Under the pieces are notes generated by a model that worked only from the letters and a program-made list of their open reading frames with translations, did no database searches and was not told the DNA's origin. Below are positions 47,609 through 55,940 of a stretch of DNA of 64,000 nt, in pieces. Source of the stretch: Candidatus Cloacimonadota bacterium (GTDB taxonomy: Bacteria > Cloacimonadota > Cloacimonadia > JGIOTU-2); assembly GCA_049903315.1 (NCBI GenBank), contig JBNGBT010000001.1, positions 261,497-325,496 of the forward strand, written 5' to 3'. The position numbers were made by a program, and so were the translations under genes. How positions within the stretch are numbered: the first letter of the stretch is position 1; each line of letters starts with the position of its first letter.

Positions 47609-48874
47609 TTATTCCTTTAAGTAATCTGCATAATGCTCCTGTACGTTCTGCGCGATTTCATTCAGGCGCACATCGATAGTAATGCCGTTCTGTTGTAAGG
47701 TTTTCCACACCACATCCATTGCATCTTCCTTAGAAAGCCCGATCGATTCTGCGATACTCATAAGCACTTCTTTCTCGGTTTTTGTGAATTTTCCATCCGA
47801 GAGTGAGATGAGAGTCAGAAAATGGAGTGTGTAGTATCTGTCGAGGTCTGTAGCATGCTGCTTGATATATTTCTCAGAGGTTTCCAGCTGCTTGAGAGCT
47901 TTGTCTTTATCGTATATGATTTCTTGCTCAGGATCATCTGTAAAGACGTCAGCGAGTATTTTTACCAGGCTTTTTATCTCTTCTAGGTTGATCTCCTTAT
48001 CGGCAGCGATCATGGAAATACCACCTGCAGCAACGAGCTTCATCATCATCTCTTTGACTTTTGTGCGCGGGTAGAACTTAGTTAATGAGAGCAGTTCATC
48101 AGTCTTTGCGTGAAGTTCTTCGTCGGTGAGTTTACCGGTCTTTTTGAAAAGCTTCGATTCTGAGAAGAGTTCGACTGCTTTCAGGCGGACAGGGAGGAGT
48201 GGATGGCTCGAGGTGCTTAGCTCCGCCATATATTCTGATTTTGCAAGATCATCAAGCTGCTTCATGAGCTCCGGAAGATTGAAGTTGAGATTTTTCTCAG
48301 TCAGTCCATAGGTTATTTTAAGTAGACTTTGTACCGCAACTTCATATTTCTTACATGCTGCGAGTCCGACCCGATCACAGCTGATTTCAGCTTTTTTCTG
48401 CCAGGTGAGGAATTTCTTTTCTGCCAGTATCGGTAAAAAGGTAGTGCTTTGTTTGTCTGGATTATATAATAGAAGCAACTTATTGTGATCATAAATAATA
48501 TGACCGAGTTCATGACCCAGCACGAATTTTATCTCCGCATCATCAAAATTTTCAAGAAGAGCAGAAGTGAAAACCACACTGATAAGATTTTTCTGTTTGA
48601 AGGCAAAAGCATTATATGTGTTATCACGCAGAGCGAAGAATTCGATCTTTTGCTTGAGACCAAAATCAGTTTTAACTGATTCGATTATTTTGTAAATGCG
48701 CGGTGAGATTGTCGGGGTGAGACGAACAGAGTCAGCAAGAAGTTTATCACGAAAGGTGATATGTTCTTTGAGTATCTCCTCGTGAGATTTGATGATCTGC
48801 TGAACTTTGTACACATCAAAAAGCTCTTTCGTGTCCTCAATATCGCCCTTATAACGGATCTTTTTAACGTTCAT
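47609..48874 (-). CDS. M48-family Zn-metallopeptidase fused to two TerB-like helical domains
   Basis: The HExxH site is 'HELGHIIYDH'. The C-terminal 200 aa show TerB-like repeats ('DGKFTKTEKEVLMSIAESIGLSKEDAMDVV'). Confidence 0.65.
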   Translation of the reverse strand: MNVKKIRYKGDIEDTKELFDVYKVQQIIKSHEEILKEHITFRDKLLADSVRLTPTISPRIYKIIESVKTDFGLKQKIEFFALRDNTYNAFAFKQKNLISVVFTSALLENFDDAEIKFVLGHELGHIIYDHNKLLLLYNPDKQSTTFLPILAEKKFLTWQKKAEISCDRVGLAACKKYEVAVQSLLKITYGLTEKNLNFNLPELMKQLDDLAKSEYMAELSTSSHPLLPVRLKAVELFSESKLFKKTGKLTDEELHAKTDELLSLTKFYPRTKVKEMMMKLVAAGGISMIAADKEINLEEIKSLVKILADVFTDDPEQEIIYDKDKALKQLETSEKYIKQHATDLDRYYTLHFLTLISLSDGKFTKTEKEVLMSIAESIGLSKEDAMDVVWKTLQQNGITIDVRLNEIAQNVQEHYADYLKE

Positions 48875-48919
48875 GAACCCTCCGAAGGGTTTGAGAGTTT
48901 GATAAAATATTTATATGAA

Positions 48920-50599
48920 CTATTTAGATGATATTTCTTTCTGTTTAGCGTTAAATTTCTTGATCACATCAGAATGAACAGCTTCAGGAGTCAGGACCCA
49001 GCGATTATCAACCTTTCCGTTTACTACTTCCCGTCTGCGGAAATAGTTTGCAAGCGCATCCCTTAATACAATATATTCATAGGTGATTTGTTTTTCAGGA
49101 ATTTCTGTTAGCAAAGTAAGCCCTGAGTTTCCCTGCATGAGAAAGTCAACTGTAGCAACATTATATATCTTGTCGGGATCCCATGGCTCTCCACCAATAG
49201 AAAGGTTTGTCACGCGCTGGAAATCAGGATATTCTTTGCTATATTCCACTTCGCCGCCTGCGACGCGCAGTCCGTGACGACCTCCGGCAATTCGCACTTC
49301 CAGTATTTCCTTAAGTTTTGCACCATTGATAGACATTGTGACAACTTCACTATCAAAGGGTAGCACATCAAAAACATCCCTGTAGGAGACTGGTCCTTCT
49401 TTAATGTCATCACGCACACCACCGAGATTTAAGAATGCGAAGTCAGCATCTGTCTCTTCGAGCATGGCATCCATGACAAGATTTCCTATAATACTCTGCG
49501 CTGAACCATCTCTGGAAAGATGCATGCCGGCCATACCAACAATCTCATCCATACCTGCTTCTGCAACTGCCTGCATAGAGTCGATCTTCTCTTTATACCA
49601 TGGATCAGGGATGAATTCTTCTGAAAAAAGTGCAAGTAGATCCCCATCAATATATGCAGGTAGCTCATAACCGGTAAGAGTTTTTGTGTCCGTATCAATT
49701 GTAAGAATAAGATGTCCAATATTTGAGCCATAGCCATAATTCTGCGTGATAAGCGTATGATTTTCCGGTTCTTCCCAGGGAATATTGTATCCTTTATGAA
49801 TGTGTCCGGCAACGAAAACATCAATGCCCGGCACTTTATACGCGACGTGCATTGCATTATCCGGCCATCGTCGATCCTCATCATTTATATGACCTTCAAC
49901 AATATCATATTGATAAGCAGGTTCTACATCGTAGGGTATGCCCATGTGTCCGAGCACGAAGATAAGATCAGCACCTTGTTCTTTTACTTCTTTTATATAC
50001 TTCTCAACTGTTTCTGCAACATCAACGAATTGTAAGCCTTTGATGTTTTCAGGGAAGCTCATGTATGGAGTATCAAGTGTGCTGACACCGATAATCGCAA
50101 TATCGATACCTTTGATATTTTTAATAATGTAGGGAAGACAACCCGGAACAAGTTCGCCGGTCTCTTCAACAATGATATTGGCACATACAATTGGGAATTT
50201 GGCGAGAGAAATCGTTTTCAGAAGTGTGTCAAAGCCAAGATCAAATTCATGGTTTCCAAGCGTCATTGCTTCATAACCGATCCAGTTCATATAGTTTATT
50301 ACAGCCACACCTTCCGACATCGTACCGATAGGATGCCCCTGGAAAAAGTCACCAGCATCGAGCAGAAGCACTGCTTCGCCATTTTCTTCCGCACGTTCCC
50401 GAACGGATTCAATATATGTGGCAGCAGATGCACCGCCACCAAGCGGAGGTGGGAAATCCGGATTCATAAAAGTCGCAAGAACTGCATCTATTCCGCCGTG
50501 TACGTCATTCGAAAAAAGAAGATTCAGCTTGATTTCTTCAGCATTGAGAACGCTCAAGCAAAACAAACCGATCAATAAGATAAAAAATATTTTCTTCAT
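48920..50599 (-). CDS. secreted bifunctional metallophosphatase / 5'-nucleotidase (UshA-like)
   Basis: Signal peptide. Calcineurin-like motifs 'SNDVHGG', 'LLLDAGDFFQG' and 'GNHEFDLG', followed by the 5'-nucleotidase C-terminal domain. Confidence 0.85.
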   Translation of the reverse strand: MKKIFFILLIGLFCLSVLNAEEIKLNLLFSNDVHGGIDAVLATFMNPDFPPPLGGGASAATYIESVRERAEENGEAVLLLDAGDFFQGHPIGTMSEGVAVINYMNWIGYEAMTLGNHEFDLGFDTLLKTISLAKFPIVCANIIVEETGELVPGCLPYIIKNIKGIDIAIIGVSTLDTPYMSFPENIKGLQFVDVAETVEKYIKEVKEQGADLIFVLGHMGIPYDVEPAYQYDIVEGHINDEDRRWPDNAMHVAYKVPGIDVFVAGHIHKGYNIPWEEPENHTLITQNYGYGSNIGHLILTIDTDTKTLTGYELPAYIDGDLLALFSEEFIPDPWYKEKIDSMQAVAEAGMDEIVGMAGMHLSRDGSAQSIIGNLVMDAMLEETDADFAFLNLGGVRDDIKEGPVSYRDVFDVLPFDSEVVTMSINGAKLKEILEVRIAGGRHGLRVAGGEVEYSKEYPDFQRVTNLSIGGEPWDPDKIYNVATVDFLMQGNSGLTLLTEIPEKQITYEYIVLRDALANYFRRREVVNGKVDNRWVLTPEAVHSDVIKKFNAKQKEISSK

Positions 50600-50618
50600 A
50601 AAAAACCTTTAAATATAC

Positions 50619-51938
50619 TTAAAATCTCCATGTCAGGGTTGCCATGAAGTTGATCATTACATCATCAATTTTATCTAGATTAATCCTGTTAACAGGCAGG
50701 TCTGCGTGAGTGGTATCCCAGAGGTTGTCATTGGCATAATAACTGTCCGGGAACAGGTCTGCATGATTGTAATTGAGTTTGCCGATTTCAGCTCCAAGGT
50801 CTAACATCAAATTATAAGGGAGAGAGATGCTCGTTCCTGCAGAGAAAGCAGTCATTATTATTTCTTTATCAATGCCATAGGGCTGGTAACGGAATCCCAG
50901 GCGGATCGGTTGGTCGGTAAATATTTGGTGCTCAACACCCGCATAGTACTCTATTACATCATACCAAAGCGGATTGTAATCACTCCATTTCACATAAGAT
51001 ATCTCAAATGAGAAGTGGGTATCCCAGATATTTCTCGGGTGATATTCGAATCCAAATCCCATTCGCGAAGGATAGTAGATTGTTGTATCTGTCCATGCAG
51101 TATCAGCATTCGTTTTAAATGACTGATCTAATTCCGCTCTGCTTGTGTAGTTCATACCTATTTTAAAACGTTCACCCAGAGCAAGAAGCATACCTGTCTG
51201 GAACCTGTAGCCCGAATAATCATTTTTTCTTTGAAAGATGACGTCTGGAATACTGTCCGGGTCATAGAGCATGCGGTCTTTTGCCCATGGCGTGAAAATG
51301 ATGGTTGAATCTATCGTGTTATCACCTTTCATTAAGGAGAAGGAAGCACCGAGAGAAAGTGAGTTGAAGAAGCTGTTTTCGTTTTCAAAAGTTACTGCTA
51401 TAGAAGGTGTATGAGCATAAATCATTCCGCTTCCGTCATAGGTATTTGTCGCAATCTTGTGGGGCTCGTTACCGTAATCGGTTCCCTCGTTGTTGCGTAC
51501 TTCCTCAGTATATTTGAAATTGAAATCATAGAAAGGCGCATAGGAGTATGCAGCAGATACTTTGAACTGTTGAATTGGTACATTGTACATCAAACCCAGC
51601 ATGTATTTACTGAAGAAATGAGCATTTGATGCGTACACCGCATCATCGATATAGGAATCAAAGGAATCAAAAATGGGGAATGCCCGATTTTCATTATTTT
51701 TTTGCACATTTGGTGAAAGCTGCACCATAAATTTACAAGGCAGGTTGCCCAGAAGTGCAGGATTCTTGAGTGCTGCAAGTGGTCCGTACCCGGTTGCAAG
51801 ACCTGTGGAACCCATTGCAAGAGAGTGAGCTGAATATGCAACGACCTCTTGTCCGAGATAACGGTCAAACACAAATGCGGCATGGGCAGGAATTGCCAGC
51901 AAGAGCAGCATTAAGATTCCAAACATTACTTTTTTCAT
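50619..51938 (-). CDS. PorV/FadL-like outer-membrane beta-barrel (T9SS PorV-like)
   Basis: Signal peptide. The N-terminal motif 'AHSLAMGSTGLATGYGPLAALKNPALLG' has the PorV/PorQ/FadL signature (AMGG...NPA). C-terminal 'TLTWRF'. Confidence 0.5.
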   Translation of the reverse strand: MKKVMFGILMLLLLAIPAHAAFVFDRYLGQEVVAYSAHSLAMGSTGLATGYGPLAALKNPALLGNLPCKFMVQLSPNVQKNNENRAFPIFDSFDSYIDDAVYASNAHFFSKYMLGLMYNVPIQQFKVSAAYSYAPFYDFNFKYTEEVRNNEGTDYGNEPHKIATNTYDGSGMIYAHTPSIAVTFENENSFFNSLSLGASFSLMKGDNTIDSTIIFTPWAKDRMLYDPDSIPDVIFQRKNDYSGYRFQTGMLLALGERFKIGMNYTSRAELDQSFKTNADTAWTDTTIYYPSRMGFGFEYHPRNIWDTHFSFEISYVKWSDYNPLWYDVIEYYAGVEHQIFTDQPIRLGFRYQPYGIDKEIIMTAFSAGTSISLPYNLMLDLGAEIGKLNYNHADLFPDSYYANDNLWDTTHADLPVNRINLDKIDDVMINFMATLTWRF

Positions 51939-52111
51939 GTATCCTCCGAAAATTATAACTTTATATAGAAATTATTAACATATTTTTTTCATTATATTTT
52001 TTTTTGCCACAAAGACTCAAAGGCACCAAGAGACACCAAATTTATATTTATAACTTTGTGTTTTAGTGACTTAGTGGCATACATTCTTTTCATTTTCATT
52101 TTATATATTTT

Positions 52112-54715
52112 CTAAAACGTCCAATCGAGCTGCAGCCTGATGGAGCTGTCTTTGTGCTTTGTTTGAGCAACATAATCGTTTCCAAAAACAGGTTCATTAT
52201 AGAGACGAAGATAGAGTTCGTCATCCTGATAATGTTTGACCTTATATTTAAAAGAAATTGCCAAACTGTTTGAGATTCGATTGTACATTGTAAACCAGAA
52301 TTTCATTCCCTGGCTGCCCATAAAATCGATTTCCATATCTTCCCAATCCCAGTGGCTTACACCATGCCCGTTCCAGAAAAGGAAGGAACCTTCCACGCTG
52401 AAATAATTAGTGAAATTGTGTAAGTAGTTCACGCAGATCATGTCTCCATGATTGAGTACATCGGCTGTTGGGAGAATATTGATTTGCCCTGGTTCGGCAG
52501 TATTAGTGAGACTTGTATAAGGCGCCATCCACACTTTAGTGTAGCGGTATTCGAGATCAAGTCTGTCACGGTTGGTAAGATATGTTCTGAACATACAGGT
52601 TGTTTCACTGGTTTTCGAGACTGCGCGTGTGAAGAAATCTTCTGAGCCGTTAGTTTGTAATTTTTGCTTCAGACGCATAGCAATCTGATAAATTGGTCTG
52701 TACTCAAGTTCACCCTGAAAACGCACACTCTTTCTTCCATCACATTTGCGTTCCCATATATCGACATATGCCTTAGTAATAGTAAGCTCGCGCTGGAATT
52801 TGTATCGTGTCTCTATATACAAACCTCTTTCGGCTTGTGACCACGGAGAATTATAGGACATTTCTGCGACAAGAGGATTCTTCAAGTAATACTGTTTCTC
52901 AAGGATCGTACCGTCAAAACGTTCATGCTCAGCAAAGGGGCGTGCATAAGGATTATCAAATTCAAGATCATAGTCGCGGTAGAGCATCATGAAATTGAGA
53001 TTTGCATAGTTGAAAAATGCACTCATAACCAATGCGCCCGGATCATCACCAATGGAAAATGGCTTCCCATCGACTTCGAGTTCTGCATACTCTCCTTGGA
53101 AAGTTACATTATCAAGAGTAGTCTGCCAGTCAAAACCATATACCCTTCGATAATTTCTTTTGTATGTGTCTGTTTTAGTTGAGTATAAAGAAGAAATCTC
53201 CGAGTCATTTATATCCAATTTCTTGTAATAATAGCTGTCATATATGAGATATTCACCGAGGTCGGCATAGTCTGCAATGCTGAAGTAACGATCATATTTT
53301 GACTCATATGCTGTAACACCGAAATGAGTACCGATGAGCGGATCGAACTGCACATGTCCACCCACCATTGTTTCACGAAGGGCATCTCTTCTTGAAGCCA
53401 TGTCGATCTTGGGAAGAGGATAAGGAGAAAGAAGCGGACGGTATTCGTTGAATACAGCTTCTGCGCTTTCAAGTTGCTCATTTGTGAAACGAGGAGTGGA
53501 AACAACATAATAGAAAATATCATCATCGCTATCCAGCTTGTCATCATGATTGCTGTCCCAGATGACTACATCTTTCTTATCATCAGAAATAAAGAGCGAT
53601 GCATTCATAAAGCTGTTTCCATACTCTACTGCTGCGCCTTTGAGTGCGAATTCCTCAGTGGGAGAGAGATCCGGGAAAATTCCGTGAACGCGTTTTGAAA
53701 AGCCATATCCTGTTCTGCGTGATTCGAACATGTCGGTATTTTCCATTACGAGACCCTCACCCCAGGTCGCCCTGTAATTTCCAAGTACAACTTTAAGATT
53801 TGCAGGTTTCAGATTGATACTTGCCGTATATTTTGAGTTCTCAGCGAGTGCTTCGGAAAGCTGGTTATTTTCCTGGAACATGTTCAGATCTCTTTCCTCA
53901 CCCTTTTTGAAAAAGAGCAATGCACCGACTTCGAGATTGAACCAGTCTTCCATTTTTGCTCTGAATTTATGAGAAATCTCAGGAGCAGCATTATCCAGGT
54001 CGTACATACCCCACATGGAAAATTTTTCATTAAGACTGTCTGGCACATAACTTTCACGTAGCACTTCTGTCATCTCTTCCGAAAAAGGATTATTATTGAA
54101 TTTGAAGCGGTAGCTGAAATTCCATTTGCCTTCGAGTTCCGGTGGTTGATAGGATACATAGTGACGAAGATTGGTAGCTCCGTAGTGAGTAAGTCCCGGA
54201 GCGCTTCTCATTCCTCTGTAATCCTGAAAATCACCAAATTTTCTCTGACGAAGGAGAGCTCGTACATCTGAAGGACCAACGATCGGCATGTTCAGCAGAT
54301 CTTGATATGTTGCAGTATTGATATTGACGGGTGACATGAGCATGTCTTCCCACAAATCGGAAACTGCTTCGGAAGATCCTTCATCTAGCGCAAGCCGTCT
54401 GAGAAGATAATATATCTGATCTTTTCGCTGTGCCCGTTCATCATATACGCCATAGGGCACAATCTTTAAGAGAGGCTTGAGGTTCAAAAATGTGTCCTGA
54501 TCAATACTGTCTATATTAAGCAGGTCATATACAGATTGGAAAAAGTTTATGTAATTTCTGTAATAATAGATATCTTCCGCTTGCTGAGGAGTGATGGGGA
54601 GTGCTTGTATCTGCTGGTATGTTGCTTTGTTGAGGTCTAATTGATCGGAACTTGCAGAGAGTGTTCCTGCAACGAGAACAAACAATAAACTAAAAATCAA
54701 TGTTACTTTTTGCAT
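52112..54715 (-). CDS. 867-aa outer-membrane protein with two N-terminal ComEA-like helix-hairpin-helix motifs and a large beta-barrel-like C-terminal region
   Basis: Signal peptide. 'LDLNKATYQQIQALPITPQQAEDI' and 'VNINTATYQDLLNMPIVGPSDVRALL' are ComEA-type HhH motifs. The C-terminus is Tyr/Phe-rich with alternating-strand character and ends '...LQLDWTF'. Confidence 0.5.
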   Translation of the reverse strand: MQKVTLIFSLLFVLVAGTLSASSDQLDLNKATYQQIQALPITPQQAEDIYYYRNYINFFQSVYDLLNIDSIDQDTFLNLKPLLKIVPYGVYDERAQRKDQIYYLLRRLALDEGSSEAVSDLWEDMLMSPVNINTATYQDLLNMPIVGPSDVRALLRQRKFGDFQDYRGMRSAPGLTHYGATNLRHYVSYQPPELEGKWNFSYRFKFNNNPFSEEMTEVLRESYVPDSLNEKFSMWGMYDLDNAAPEISHKFRAKMEDWFNLEVGALLFFKKGEERDLNMFQENNQLSEALAENSKYTASINLKPANLKVVLGNYRATWGEGLVMENTDMFESRRTGYGFSKRVHGIFPDLSPTEEFALKGAAVEYGNSFMNASLFISDDKKDVVIWDSNHDDKLDSDDDIFYYVVSTPRFTNEQLESAEAVFNEYRPLLSPYPLPKIDMASRRDALRETMVGGHVQFDPLIGTHFGVTAYESKYDRYFSIADYADLGEYLIYDSYYYKKLDINDSEISSLYSTKTDTYKRNYRRVYGFDWQTTLDNVTFQGEYAELEVDGKPFSIGDDPGALVMSAFFNYANLNFMMLYRDYDLEFDNPYARPFAEHERFDGTILEKQYYLKNPLVAEMSYNSPWSQAERGLYIETRYKFQRELTITKAYVDIWERKCDGRKSVRFQGELEYRPIYQIAMRLKQKLQTNGSEDFFTRAVSKTSETTCMFRTYLTNRDRLDLEYRYTKVWMAPYTSLTNTAEPGQINILPTADVLNHGDMICVNYLHNFTNYFSVEGSFLFWNGHGVSHWDWEDMEIDFMGSQGMKFWFTMYNRISNSLAISFKYKVKHYQDDELYLRLYNEPVFGNDYVAQTKHKDSSIRLQLDWTF

Positions 54716-54716
54716 A

Positions 54717-55019
54717 TTAACCCAATTTTATTAATAGAATAAGTTCGATGATCACACAGCAAAGGAGCACCACCGCAAAGAGATTGAGCCAGAAAATGCG
54801 TACTGTGAGCTTCTCGATCTTATTTTTTAAATCATGAATATCATTAAAAACTTTCTTCTCTATCACATCGTATTTCTGGGAGAGTTCTTTGTAACCCCTG
54901 TTACTGAACTTGTTTTCCCAGTCTTTCACCACATGATTGAGGAAGTTGAAAATGAGCTTTATAAAACTTTTTATTATGAAAGAAGTGTTGCCCTTTTCGT
55001 CACGTTCATTTGCTTTCAT
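54717..55019 (-). CDS. small membrane-anchored coiled-coil protein
   Basis: 100 aa with the C-terminal TM 'LNLFAVVLLCCVIIELILLI'. Starts 2 nt after the upstream gene. Confidence 0.4.
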   Translation of the reverse strand: MKANERDEKGNTSFIIKSFIKLIFNFLNHVVKDWENKFSNRGYKELSQKYDVIEKKVFNDIHDLKNKIEKLTVRIFWLNLFAVVLLCCVIIELILLIKLG

Positions 55020-55043
55020 AGATACCTCATTATAATGAAATTA

Positions 55044-55919
55044 TTAAAATTGATAGCCAAGAGAAAACTGATGAGTGAGCGGAAGAACGGGATGGGAGCT
55101 GAAACCATAATCGATCTTAACACCTTTGAAAAGCATGCCGAATCCGCCGGAGATACTATTCGGGTAGGTGGATGCACCGGTTCGAAGCCAGAATTTATCC
55201 ATCACTTCAAATTCGATACCTGCTTGTATCTTCGTTTCTTCTCCAAGTTTTTGTGAGAGATCGATTTCTGTGATCACACCATCATATGGTTCGTAGGCAA
55301 TACCGAGAGCAAGATGCTGAGGAAGGTCAAATGTTTGGTCTGAACCCATCGAAGGATTGTTCAGATTCTTCACTGCAAAAGCGATATGAGTGCGCTGATG
55401 GAGTATTGCAAGTGCTCCAAGATTGACACCGTACGTTGTTGAATTACCCGGATCTATGCCGCCGACTGTTTCGCCGAACTTCAGGTAGTAGAGATTCAGT
55501 CCATAACCTACATAAAGCTGCGAATGCACATCTCCCATAAGAAGAAAAGAGTGGGCGAGAGAATATGTTCCTTCCTGTTGAAGTTTTTGCCCTTCAAATT
55601 CGACGTCCATTGCCTGCATTCCAAGAGATATCGTTCCAATCCTTGGTAATCTGTATGCAAGTGCGCCGGACATGAGAATCTCAAAGCTGTTATTGAACAG
55701 TTGAGCATAGCCCAGAGAAATTCCCTGTTCTGCATATGCGAGTGCTCCGGGATTGTAGAAAATGGCATTCGGGTCGTTACAACTTGCAACGAAAGCCCCA
55801 CTCATACCTCTGGCTCGTGCAGAGGGCTGGTAGTTGCCGAATACATTGGAATTTATCTCCGCATAGATTATTGGAGTGGTCAGAAGGATTATAATTACTA
55901 TGAAACCTAATTTTTTCAT
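55044..55919 (-). CDS. PorQ/PorV-family outer-membrane beta-barrel (T9SS PorQ-like)
   Basis: Signal peptide. 'ARARGMSGAFVASCNDPNAIFYNPGAL' is the PorV/PorQ N-terminal signature. C-terminal 'FSLGYQF'. Confidence 0.55.
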   Translation of the reverse strand: MKKLGFIVIIILLTTPIIYAEINSNVFGNYQPSARARGMSGAFVASCNDPNAIFYNPGALAYAEQGISLGYAQLFNNSFEILMSGALAYRLPRIGTISLGMQAMDVEFEGQKLQQEGTYSLAHSFLLMGDVHSQLYVGYGLNLYYLKFGETVGGIDPGNSTTYGVNLGALAILHQRTHIAFAVKNLNNPSMGSDQTFDLPQHLALGIAYEPYDGVITEIDLSQKLGEETKIQAGIEFEVMDKFWLRTGASTYPNSISGGFGMLFKGVKIDYGFSSHPVLPLTHQFSLGYQF

Positions 55920-55940
55920 TGGTATCCTTTCATCAAAAAT

